A stretch of DNA of 64,000 bases from Octopus sinensis. Its lineage: Eukaryota. Positions 39,156-52,435 of this stretch are shown piece by piece; within the stretch, counting starts at the first letter, position 1; every line of letters starts with the position of its first letter. The translations under genes were made by a program, and so were the position numbers. The DNA lies in contig NC_042999.1 in NCBI RefSeq assembly GCF_006345805.1, positions 124,124,001 through 124,188,000 of the forward strand. Direction: 5' to 3'. The notes under the pieces were generated by a model, which ran no database searches, was not told where the DNA came from, and saw nothing but the letters and a program-made list of their open reading frames with translations.

Positions 39156-39642
39156 TATTATTATTAGTAGTAGTATTATTATCCTCATCATCATCATCAT
39201 CACTATTGTCGTCGTCATATTCGTCGTCGTTGTCATTGTCGTATTCGTCATCATCATCATCATCATCATTATTATTGTTATTATTTTGCATCATTATCTA
39301 TTGAGTGTTCTTTATTCAGACCTTTACATAAAATAATTTACTTCGTTTTAGACCCATAACAAACTCTTTCAGTGACTGGAACAGATTTAGGGAAAAGTAA
39401 CAATTCTCTAGTAAATAATTACAGTATAAACAAAAGGTAATGAAAGCTAATATTTTTCATATATCCTTATTTCATTTGGTACTTAGGCATTGATGAGATT
39501 TGCAGATCCTTTGCAGCCTGGGTGGGATACTCGACAGATGAACTATTGTTTCTTCTCTTATTTCTTTCTTTGTCTGATTATGATGTGAAGTCGCTGTCTC
39601 CTGTTTTCTTCTCAGCTTTCACACCCTCTCTCTGTCTGTCTG

Positions 39643-39717
<75 letters not shown>

Positions 39718-40228
39718 CTGTCTATCTGTCTATTTATCTATCTCAACATATATACATACATGTGAGAAGTACATGTGCATGGGTGGAAGTGTTCTCTGTG
39801 TGTGGTGTGTGTGTGTGTACATTTGTGTGTGTGTGTGTGTACATTTGTGTGTGTGTGTGTATATATGTGCGCCTGTGTGTGTGTATGTATGTGCGTCTGT
39901 GTGAGTGTATGCACACGTGTGTATACCTGTGTGTGTGTGTGTGTGTATGTACACGCATGTCTGTACATTCGTGTGTGTGTGCATATAAATGTGCATCTGT
40001 GTGTGTTTGTGTGTGTATGTATATATGTATGTTATGCTCTCAAGTATGTATGTTATATATGTAGGAATGAATGCCTGCATTCATGTTCACATGTTTACAT
40101 AAGTAGGGAATTGGTGAATTGCTGTATTCAGTCAATGGGTGATGGGTGTTCTGGCAATGCTGAAAAGTAAATTTATTTGACTCTCTCTCTCTATCTATCT
40201 AGCTAGCTAGCTATCTATCTATTCTTTT

Positions 40229-40653
40229 CTACTCTAGGCACAAGGCACAAAATTTTTGGGGAAAGGGCCAGTCAATTAGATCAACCCAGTACGCAACTGC
40301 TACTGAATTTATCGACCCCAAAAGGATAAAAGGCAAAGTCGACCTTGGTGGAATTTGAACTCAGAACATAAAGAGAGACGAACTTCAACTAAGCATTTCA
40401 ACCGGTGTGCTAATGTTTCTTATTTCTTTATTGCCCACAAGGGGCTAAACATAGAGAGGACAAACAAGGACAGACGAAGGTATTAAGTCGATTACATCGA
40501 CCCCAGTGCATAACTGGTACTTAATTTATCGACCCTGAAAGGATGAAAGGCAAAGTTGACGTCGGCAGAATTTGAACTCAGAATGTAGCAGTAGATGAAA
40601 TACCTCTAAGCACTTCGCCCGGCATGCTAACATTTCTGCCAGCTCACCACCTT
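40229..40653 (-). mobile_element. Two adjoining SINE family B copies, reverse (40229-40418 and 40419-40653)
   Basis: Reverse complement of 24146-24378. Confidence 0.85.
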
Positions 40654-42029
40654 TAACTATTTATCTATTGTTTAAATTTTGTGTATTTCTCTTTTCTCTC
40701 TTTTACTTGTCTTCCTCTTCTGACTCTCACATCAAATATTGTTGTAATAATCTACATAGGCAAATCTGTCTTTTAATATATAGCAACATTATTCTGCCAA
40801 GGTCAACTGTGCCTTTCATTCTCTCAGGGTCGATAAAATGAATACCAGAAGAGCACTGGGGTTGATGTAATTGACTAGCCTCCTCCCCTAAAACTGCTGG
40901 CCTTGTGCCAAAATTTGAAACCAATATACGGCAACATTTTCCAAAGTTCCGTCCCTGCTCACATCCTTCCTCCCTGCCCTACCATCCTTCTCTCCCTCTT
41001 TCTTTCTCTCCCTCTCTCTCTTCCCAGTTCTACCCCCATTACTTTTTCAACCCAAATCTCTTAACCTACACAGATTTACAGAAAATTTCAAATCACACTT
41101 CCCTCCTTACAAATACAACTAACTCTTCTAAGTTATCACATTTTCCCACTCCAGGGGGTACTCCATGTACACTAGGCCCAACCCTTTACCCTCTGATGTG
41201 ACATATGAATGAGAAATAATGAAATATCAGCTGGATATGTTATGACACAGTCAGAGGGAAATGCAAATCTGCTCCTAAAAGACTTCTTTCTTTCACTGTC
41301 TCTGTCTCTGTCTCTCTTTCTTTCTCCCTCTTTCATTTTTTTTCAATCAAAAATATTCCAAATCTTAAAAAACGGAATTTGCCAAATGTTTCACATTTAT
41401 TTATTTATTTATTTATCTATTTATTTATTCATTTATTTATATTTCAATATTATTATCAGCTGATAAAGATCTGAAAGTTATACATATATGCATGTATGTA
41501 TGTATCTATGTATGCATGTATATATGTATGAATGTGTGTATCTATGTATGCATGTATATATATATGAATGTGTTTGTCTATATATGTGTATGTGTGCATA
41601 TGTGTGTGTATGTGTATGTATGTACTTATGTCTGTATCTACATACCTATACATGCATGTGTGTGTGTGTACATATATATATATATATATACATATATATA
41701 CATATATATGCATATATATACACATGCACACACACATATATGTACGTATATGTACATGCATATGTATATTTATATGATGTGTATGCGTATGTGTGTTTGT
41801 GTGCATGTATATGTGCATATGTGTGTGTTACTGTGCTATTGTATGTATATTCCAGTGTGCATGCATGTGTGTTTGTGTCTGTGTGAGGGGCAGGAATGGA
41901 ATGGATGTGTGCAATAAAAAGTGCACTCTGTAACATTAGCTCTCAGTATTTCTTCTTTGGTGAAATCAGCTGCACATCTCAGTTGCATTAATACTATTTT
42001 TGAAATTATGTGTTGTTATTGTTACTACT

Positions 42030-42030
42030 A

Positions 42031-42107
<77 letters not shown>

Positions 42108-42160
42108 GTGATAATAATAGTAATAATAATAATAATAAAAATGATAATAATGATAATAAC

Positions 42161-42217
<57 letters not shown>

Positions 42218-42400
42218 TAATAATAAAATATCATTATTATTGTTTATTATTAATTTTATCTTTATTTTTATAATAACTTCGTAGTGGCAGCAGTACTTGT
42301 AGTAGTAGTAGTTGTTGTTGTTGTCGTTGTTGTTGTAGTAGTAGTGGTGGTGGCGATGGTGGCAGCATTGGCGGCAATGATGCTGTTGTTGTTTTAAATC
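42030..42400. repeat. (ACT)n(AAT)n and (GTA)n(GTT)n trinucleotide tracts
   Basis: Direct inspection. Confidence 0.95.
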
Positions 42401-42892
42401 AATATTATAGCTGCCGTTTGAATACTTTATCAAACTGTACAATAAGATTGAGTTACACTCCACTGTGCTTGAAAGCCATTGCTCTGTCTGTACTCTAATA
42501 TTTTGTACTCTTCTGAAATATTCTTGTTACATGGTACCAAACGAAATTCTATTCTGTATCATATTGTATATTGTACTGAAATAGCGTTCTATGATTGTAC
42601 CAAAGACCCACATTACCATACTCCAATATTTTGCTATGCTGTAACACATGGAATATTTTACAGTACGTTATTGAAATAACTTGCAATAATGTATCAAATG
42701 AATTATTGTAGTGTACTGTAACATCTGTTGATACTGTGCTACATGGAATATTATAGTGTACTGCACTGAAATACTACACTATAATTGTACTGTAATAACT
42801 TGCTAACATGTACCAAATTTATCTAATATTCATCTGTCATTGTCTTATTTATCTATCTATCTATCTATCTATCTATTTATCTATCTATCAGT

Positions 42893-44550
42893 CTATCTGA
42901 CCATGACTTTGAGACTCACTCCCAACTCACGGCTTGCCACTTCATCCTACATGGACATCCCCTTACCATTATCCACATTGCCCTTGCCCAAGCATGATCT
43001 GTGGACCGTGCCTTTGCTCTTTCCCACCCCGCCCTTACCCATCTCCCGTTTCCCCTCACTTACCACCCCTCCAGTGCACCATTCTCCAAGCCTTCTGGCA
43101 ACTCCAGGCCAAGCGATTTACCTTGCACATCTTCCCTAACCCTAACCCCTTTCTCCCTTCAAACAAGCCCATAACCTCCATGACCTTCCGGTCCACAGTT
43201 TCTTCCCTACCCCCACCTCCTAGCCTGGCTCCTTCCTCTGCTCCCACCCACGCTGTCACACCTGCCCCTACCTCTCCAACACCACCATCCTCACAGGTAC
43301 CTATCACCATCCCTATCACATCACCTATCCCTTACCAGCACCTCTAGTAATGTTATTTACTGCATCTCCTGCTCTCTCCGTCCTTCCCTGTACATTGGTC
43401 AAACAGGATGCCACTCAGCTGACCAGTTCATGGAGTACCTCCAGGACATCAGACTCAGCAATGACGCCCTGGTCTTGTGCCATTTCTGCTCTACTGGTCA
43501 TTCACTACAACATCTGTCCATGTCCATGAATAGGAATTAATCTTCTCTTATCATTCCTTTGTACTACATGAGCTTGACTCACCTCCTCTCTTCATCTGAC
43601 ACCAACCTCACTTCCTCTTTTCATTTGACACCAATTCCACATGGATTCACACTCACCTCCCAGACTCTCCACCTACAAACCCACATACTGCCCACCTCAG
43701 TACCCTCACTCACACCACTATACACACACATACATACTGTTCAACTCATCACTCACTTCACACACCATTACACACACACCCACAACACCTTCCCACTCCA
43801 CACACACTTCTCAGTACCCACACAACACACCATCATCCACACAATCTTCAATAGTGTCACCATACATACCACTATATGAGCAGCCACACATACTGTTTAG
43901 CTCAGTACACAAACCATACACCATCATGCACACTCCCACACCTACACAAGCACATAATGCTTGAACGCAATATATACACATACACACACACACACATATA
44001 ATGTGCATAAACACACACACATAACAAATAGACAACAATAACTTTCGCCCACATGCATGCATACTATTTGGTCACAGTGACATACACACATACACATACC
44101 ACATATAAAAGCACACATCATCTGCTACACACACACACACACATTACACATGCACACACATTATACATGCACACACACACACATTACACACGCACATGTC
44201 AAACTCACTCGCCCCCATTCACATTTACACACTTACACCATTCTTACATACACACATGCACACTTCCTCTTGTTGGGATCACTGTGAATTATCTCCCCTT
44301 TTTTCAACCTTTTTATAAAATCATCTCTTTTTTATTCAACCTCTTTTCTTTACCAATCATTCACCATGTTGGGCCACTGAACTCGACACATTTTTTAATT
44401 TTCTCTCCATCTATTTTCTCTTATTCTTTTCTGTCGAAGAGCATAGGCTTAAAACGTAAAAGACTTTTCCATTTTTCCTGAGTGTCAAGAGATAATACAC
44501 TTAATTGTTGTTCCTACCGCTGTCTTTGTCCTTGTTTTTCTATAAATTTG

Positions 44551-44557
<7 letters not shown>
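42893..44557 (+). mobile_element. Degenerate Penelope-like element: post-RT linker, GIY-YIG endonuclease, (CA)n-rich 3' region and hammerhead-bearing terminal repeat
   Basis: 'FPLTYHP' linker motif; 'SNVIYCISCSLRPSLYIGQTGCHSADQFMEYLQDIRL..HFCSTGHS' GIY-YIG from ~43346; family-1 motif at 44426-44463 on the same strand. Confidence 0.75.
43346..43600 (+). pseudogene. GIY-YIG endonuclease remnant (Penelope-like element)
   Basis: VIY...YIGQT motif with CxxC/HF-GH features; frame disrupted upstream and downstream. Confidence 0.75.
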
Positions 44558-44580
<23 letters not shown>

Positions 44581-44585
<5 letters not shown>

Positions 44586-44771
44586 GTGCTGAAAAATAAA
44601 TACAAAAGGATGTGTTAATTATGATTTTATTCAACATATTCCCCTCTAAGATTCATACGCTTATTGCACGGTGCTTCAGTTTTTCTAAGCCCTGTAAAAG
44701 AACTTGGAAGTTTAGGCCTCCAGTCTGGCCTTTTGCAATAACCTTAAAGCCAGGAACTTTTCACTCCCCAT
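44581..44771 (-). mobile_element. Mariner-derived MITE/deletion derivative
   Basis: TA-flanked ends 'tgaggtgctgaaaa'/'ggaactttcactcccca'; minus strand encodes mariner C-terminus 'GLRKLKHRAISV*ILEGNMLN'-like ('cttagaaaactgaagcaccgtgcaataag..gaggggaatatgttgaataaa'). Confidence 0.6.
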
Positions 44772-44788
44772 ATATGAATTTATGTGTA

Positions 44789-44872
<84 letters not shown>

Positions 44873-44895
44873 TGTATATATATGTATATATATAT

Positions 44896-45123
44896 ATAAT
44901 ATGAGGGGATATTATTCCAACTTACAGGGAAAAATTCAATTTAGAAATACTAAATCAAATTTCACAAAATATATATATATATATAAATTAGAAAAAAAAA
45001 ACTTTTATCAATTCAATATTGAAAAATTAAATTATACCATTTAGAAAAATTACATATAGAAAGATTAAATATAAGATAAAACATAACGATGATTAAGTAA
45101 TGTGCAAAATAATAAATAAGATG

Positions 45124-45158
<35 letters not shown>

Positions 45159-45410
45159 ATATATATAAAATATATATATATGTATATGTATATATATATA
45201 TAATATGAAGGGATATTATTCCAAACTTACAGGGAAAAATTCAATTTAGAAATACTAAATCAAATTTCACAAAATATAATATATATATATAAATTAGAAA
45301 AAAGAACTTTTATCAATTCAATAATGAAAAATTAAATTATACCATTTAGAAAAATTACATATAGAAAGATTAAATATAAGATAAAACATATAACGATGAT
45401 TAAGTAATAA
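44896..45410 (+). repeat. Local duplication of ~230 bp (44896-45125 and 45201-45410 plus 47686-47710)
   Basis: Two copies with a few differences; the second is split by the RTE LINE. Confidence 0.85.
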
Positions 45411-47688
45411 TCATCATCATCATCATCGTTTAGCGTCCATTTTCCATGCTAGCATGGGTTGGACGGTTCTACTGGGGTCTGTGAAGCCAGAAGGCTTCAT
45501 CAAGCCCAGTCAAAATCTGGCAGTGTTTCTACGGCTGGATGCCCTTCCTAACGCCAACCACTCCGTGAGTGTAGTGGGTGCTTTTTACGTGCCACCCGCA
45601 CAGGTGCCAGACAGAGCTGGCAAACGGCCACGAACGGATGGTGCTTTTTATGTGCCACCGGCACGAGGGCCAGGCGAGGCTGGCAATGGACACGAACGGA
45701 TGGTGCTTTTTACGTGCCACCGGCAGAAGGCCAGTCGGGGCGGCGCTGGCAACGGTCGCGAAACGGAAGGTTCTCTTACATGCCACTGGCACTGGTAAAA
45801 CATCTGCAATTTCCATTGATCGATTTCGATTCTGATCCTCACTTGCCTCAACAGGTCTTCACAAGTAGAGTTTCGACATGCCACCGGCACTGGTAACACA
45901 TCTGCAATTTCCATTGAACGATTTCGATTCTGATCCTCACTTGCCTCAACAGGTCTTCACAAGAAGAGTTTTGTGTCCCAAGAAGGGAAGGTATGCATAC
46001 GTAGGCTGGCTCCAACCCATGTAGAAGGCCACGGGTTATGGACTCACTTGTCCTGCCGGGTCTTCTCGCGCACAGCACACTTCCAGAGGTCTCGGTCTCT
46101 AGTCATTTCCTCAGTGAGACCTAAAGTTCGAAGGTCATGCTTCACCACCTCGTCCCAGGTTTTCCTGGGTCTGCATCTTCTGCAGGTTCCCTCAACCGCT
46201 AGGGTGTGGCACTTTTTCACACAGCTATCTTCATCCATTCTCGCCACATGACCATACCAGCGCAAACGTCTCTCTTGCACACCACAACTGATGCTTCTTA
46301 GGTCCAGCTTTTCTCTCAAGGTACTTACACTCTGCTGAGTATGAGTACTGACATTACACATCCATCGGAGCATACTGGCTTCATTTCTTGTGAGCTTACG
46401 CATATCCTCAGTAGTCACGGCCCATGTTTCACTGCCATGTAGCATGGCTGTTCGTACACATGCATCATACAGTCTGCCTTTCACTCTGTGCGAGAGGCCT
46501 TTTGTCACCAGCAGAGGTAAGAGCTCTCTGAACTTTGCCCAAGCTATTCTTACTCTAGCAGTTACACTTTCAGCACACCCGCCCCTGCTGCTGACTTGGT
46601 CACCTAGGTAACGGAAACTATCAACTATTTCTAGTTTTTCTCCCTGGAAAGTGACGGAAGTTGGTCTCAGAGCATTTTCAGTGTTTATTGTTCCTGCCAC
46701 ATACAAAAACCATCTTCCTAGTTAGCCTTCCTTTGACATTGCTGCATCTCTTATGTGTCCATAGCTTACACTTGGTGCATCTTATAGAGTTTCTACCTAC
46801 ACCTTTTCTACAGATCGAGCAGGGCCATCTACCTGAAGGCGTTTGTGATTTGTCTACCTTCCTACTGATTACGACTTTGGTTTTAGCTAGATTGACTCTG
46901 AGGCCCTTCGATTCTAATCCTTGTTTCCACACCTGAAACTTCTCCAGTTCTGATAGCGACTCAGCAATTAGAGCAAGGTCATCAGCATAGAGGAGCTCCC
47001 AAGGGCATCCTGTCTTGAATTCCTCCGTTATTGCCTGGAGGACTATGATAAATAGGAGGGGGCTGAGGGCTGAGCCTTGGTGGACCCCTACCTCTACCCG
47101 GAATTCTTCACTGTACTCATTGCCAACCCTCACCTTACTAGCAGCATCCCTATTCATGGCCCGCACAGCTCTCACTAACCATTCATCTATCCCTAGTTTC
47201 CTCATTGACCACCAGATAAAGGATCGGGGGACCCTGTCGAAGGCTTTCTCCATGTCAACAAAAGCCAGGTACAGGGGCTTATCTTTGGATAGGTATTTCT
47301 CCTGCAGCTGCCTTACCAGGAATATAGCATCAGTAGTACTTTTCCCTGGCACAAACCCAAACTGCATCTCATCTAAACTAACTCTCTCTCTAATTAGTTG
47401 GGCTATGACCCTCTCTGTAACCTTCATTACCTGATTCAACAGCCTGATACCTCTGTAGTTATTTGTATCTAGGGTGTCACCTTTACCTTTGTAGCAGTTG
47501 ACTATTATGCTGCTACACCAGTCATTGGGTATGACTCCTTCGTGTATCACCTGATTAACTATACGGGTGACTAGGCTATAGCCGACACTACCAGACATTT
47601 TGAGCATCTCTGCAGTGATTCCTGATGGGCCTGGGGCTTTCCCTGTCTTCATGCTTCTAATTGCCTTAGCTACCACGGAACTATCAAT
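45411..47688 (-). mobile_element. 5'-truncated RTE-clade LINE: RT domain, C-terminus, 3'UTR, (GAT)n tail; young copy
   Basis: Long ORFs 46678-47694 and 46044-46706; (GAT)n tail at 45411-45427; empty site visible at 45100-45125. Confidence 0.95.
46044..47688 (-). pseudogene. RTE ORF (reverse transcriptase) with one frameshift near 46690
   Basis: 'GKAPGPSGI', 'NYRGIRLL', 'QFGFVPGKSTTDAIF', 'FVDMEKAFDRVP', 'GVHQGSALSPLLF', 'LYADDLAL'; zinc-finger-like 'CSICRKGVGRNSIRCTKCKLWTHKRC'; second frame 'FRYLG..MLHGSETW..RLRWYGHV'. Confidence 0.95.
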
Positions 47689-47710
47689 GTGCAAAATAAT
47701 AAATAAAACG

Positions 47711-47744
<34 letters not shown>

Positions 47745-48000
47745 GCAGTTGTGACAGTGTAGTAAGAAGTTTGCTTCTCAACCACATGGTCCCAGATTCA
47801 GTCACACTGAGTGGCATCTTGAGCAAATGTCTTCTGCAATAGCCTTGTGCCAGCCAAACTGAAAGATGCCCTTTGTGTGTGTATGTGTGTGTGTGTGTGC
47901 GTGTGTGTGTGTGCGCGTGCGCACATGCCTGTATGCGCATGTTGCCTGTGAGTGTCTTCATATTTGTGTTTGTCCCCCCACACACACTGCTTGGCAACTT
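47745..48000 (+). mobile_element. SINE family A, degenerate
   Basis: 'gtgtagtaagaagtttgcttctcaaccacatggtcccagattcagtc...gagcaaatgtcttct'. Confidence 0.7.
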
Positions 48001-49849
48001 AATATTTACATTTCATGGATTATTTAAAGTTAATCTATCATTTACATTTGACATTAGTGTTTATATTTGACAAATTATTTACAGCTAATTTAGTGACTGC
48101 AATTGTGTAGTATCTTCAGTAAATATATAACTTTCAGTTGTTAACTTGTAAATGTTCATATTTATATTTTATCATTTGAAATTCTTAATTTCAAAATTAT
48201 TAGACAAATTTCTTTTATGGACAAAGATATGATTTTTAGTTTATTTTTTGTATTGTCTTATTTTGTTTATATTTTCAGTTTATCAACAATAGTAATCAAA
48301 AACACTTGCAGTTTCACCACAAATAATTGTAAAGCTGAGACACTGGAACAGTTATTTGTCTTCAACTCAAATTCCACAGCTTGATATGTGTAATTTACCT
48401 ACAATTGGTACTACTTTGATGGCTTACTCTATTTAATTTTCAACAGAGCATTTACAATATGTAAGGAAGTAAAAAACATCATTTACTCTAACATCTCATA
48501 TATATAGCATTTACATCTGACCAAGAGACAAGGAGTAGCCCCATTTGGTCTCTTCCCAATATTCTTGGATGATCCCAAGGACTCCAGAATGGTGGGGATA
48601 TTTATTTTAGCTAGGGCTCATTTTAGAACTAAATTTTTCTCAGACCATTGAGTAAAGGAACTAATAAAACATGTAAAAAGCACTCAGCACACTCTGTTAA
48701 GTGGTTGGCATTACATCCAGCCCTAGGAGCTATGCCACAACAGACAGCTCCCTGCTAGCCAGCTCCATGCCAAACTGTCCAACCATTGCCAACATTGAGA
48801 CCGGATGTTAAATGATGGTGATGATTCAGTTCTGGTGAAAGTCTATGAAAACTCCCAGAATATAAGGACTTACTACAATAATTACCTACCTTCACATGCA
48901 ATGTGAATAAATATGCATTACATTTGACAGAGGAATCTGAATGCTAAAGGGTTAAGGAAACTGAACAGATTTGCTCTAGAAACAGTGAATGCATATAGAG
49001 AAGGATACACAAGGAAGAAGATGAACTCAACCACAATGCAGAATGTTTTATTTACAGATAGCATGTCATTCACATTTAATGTAGCATTTACAGTTAATGT
49101 TATCTTTAAAATATTTTTAATTTCGTGATTAAGGATTATTAAAGTGTAAGTATTGAATAAATCTATTTTTCTCTTTCTTCAGCATTGTGGTTATTTTTCA
49201 TTATTTTCTTTGCTTGTATATTCAATAGCAATTTAATAATAAGACTAAACTATAACATATTAACATTGCACCAAACTGAAATACATTATTATCATAGTTT
49301 GTTACACTGAAAGACTTAACATTATATTGAACACATTAAATCACTGTTGTTGCTGGTAGTGGTGGGGGTGGGGGTGGCGGCAGTGAAGATATTGACGACA
49401 ACAAAGATGATGTTGTAGTTACTTAGTGCTAACCATCTCTACTCGATGAAACATATTTTATGATGGTATACTATCAAAGGGTTAGATGCAGTTTACTAGT
49501 GAAACAACTTAGGTATGCTAATATAAATTGCCTGAAATTGATTTGAATTGAATTTTAACCATTTGATCACTATCCATCTATGGCTGTCCTTCTTTGTAGT
49601 TGAAGTTTACTGATCCAAAATGTAGGTATTTATGATCCTTATTTTAATGATGGTAAATAGTATGTTGTAAAAGAAATAGTATTTCTTTAAACAAGTTGAA
49701 TGCCTGCATAGAATCACCTTCATTAACTCAAGGTGCAGGTATATGAGGTGTGACATGGTAGCTTTAAATAATTCCACAGAATAACTCTTTGGGATAAACG
49801 AATAGTAAACATAAAAAATTCTGTGAGCTGTAAAAACTAGTGCCAAAAC

Positions 49850-50037
49850 AGATCTTATCAGTGCTGGTGCCACATAAAATGCACTCAGTATACTCTGTAA
49901 GGTAGTCAATATTAAGGGCATCCAACCGTAAAAACCATGCCAAACAAACAGCGAAGCCTGGTGCAATCTTCTGGCTTTCCAGCTCCGGTCAAACCATCCA
50001 ACCCATGCCAGCATGGAAAACAGATGTTAAATGATGT

Positions 50038-50086
<49 letters not shown>

Positions 50087-50255
50087 GATGATGATGATGA
50101 GATGATGATGATGATGGGGATGATGATGATGATGATGATGGTGATAATGGTGATGATGATGATGATGATGATGATGATGGTGATGATGGTGATGATGATG
50201 ATGATGATGATGATGATGGTGATGATGATGGTGATGATGATGATGATGATTGATG
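49850..50255 (+). mobile_element. RTE-tail-related repeat with a greatly expanded (GAT)n tail
   Basis: 'aagggcatccaaccgtaaaaaccatgcc...acccatgccagcatggaaaacagatgttaaatgatg' then ~220 bp of (GAT/GGT)n. Confidence 0.8.
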
Positions 50256-51458
50256 AGCTACAGTACTTTGAAATATGGCCAATACAGCCTAAAGGTGCAG
50301 TAGACAGTCATGTTTACAACCTTAGCCCACGTTTAATAATGATAAAAATCAAGCTATGTTTGATCACAAGGGATAACAAGTTCTATAAATAATATTGTCT
50401 CTAGGGATTCTCTATTGTCTTTTGGTGTCTTTTTCTTTTCTGATAGTAAATATAATCCATTGAAAAGTTATTGTCTTTTAAATTCTATAGTTAAGAGCTT
50501 ACAATGTCAACAATAATTCATTTATCATTATTATCATGACCCTCAGAAATTGTAAACAAACATGGCACTTACAGATGGTCCATTGAAAATTCAGACAATT
50601 TATCATGGATATTTCATTTGCAAAATGTTGACATGAGAGTACAAACTAAAAGATAAGTTGTATAATTGTTTGTTCATTTATTTGTTTTTATTTTTAAGTA
50701 ATGTTTTGTTCTCTTTTCTTTTTCCTTTTTATTTTTGTTTTATCTGTGAGCAATTTTATGAATTACTTTCAGATGACACTTGATCTGTAAAATTATCTTA
50801 CTGGATATCTTTGAACATTTAAATGATATAAATGCCAACTTGCAAAGCAAAACTGAAAATATTTATTTTCCACTCACAAAATTAATGTTCTCAAAGATAA
50901 GTTAAAAATTTACATTGTCAAAGTCAAAGCAGGCTGGCAGCTTATACGTACGTGTCCCTACATATTGCTGCAGTGAAGAATAGGGAGATTTTTTCGCAAT
51001 TGATCTCAGAGAACATTCTGACTGAGATAATACAACAGGAAAATTCAGTACCATTTTTCAAATTTATGTACAAACAAATATAACTAATTGAAAAACTCCT
51101 TTATTGCATTAGCATCGAGTATGATTTATGGAGAGAGAGATGAAGAATGATCGTCATCATCATCGCTGTTGAGAACTGTGGTAATTCTAATGAAACTCTT
51201 CCCCATTTTACTTCTGTCAGCTCAAATTTCTTGTACTCACAAGCATAATAGATAATGACAGAAAGAGACAAACAGAGACAGAGACACAGAGACAGATTCA
51301 GAGAGAAAGACAAACAACAAGAGCCAGTCATTAAAACTCACTCACATAGTTTGTCATTGTTCACTTCCTCCATCACCTTTATCTATTCACCGTTCACAAA
51401 TTTGCCAACTATATTGCAAAATTCAATACAAACACATACGAAAACATGTATCCAACTG

Positions 51459-51500
<42 letters not shown>

Positions 51501-51774
51501 AGCATTTGCACTCACTACATAACCTTCAAATACATACAATGTTTCTGGTACTCATTTACCATTTTCACTATATTTCTTTTCGTACATTACTCATACATGC
51601 ACACTATTCATATTTACACATAACCTTCATGCAAAAACATGTTATGTACAAAACTACAATGCTCAATGCAATCACTAACAATTATTGTATCACACACGCA
51701 CACACACACATTTAAGCATAACTTAGTTTCTCCAATGTTCTCTTCCCATTTCTCTCTCTGCTTCTCTCTCCCCT

Positions 51775-52435
<661 letters not shown>

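Noticed and set aside
45575-45780. CRISPR-like repeat/spacer appearance (also 25290-25660)
   Set aside because: The 'spacers' are homologous to each other, the array lies inside an RTE 3'UTR, the DNA is eukaryotic and there are no cas genes.
51118-51131. Single Pbx-Hox-like site TGATTTATGG
   Set aside because: An isolated AT-rich motif expected by chance in 64 kb.
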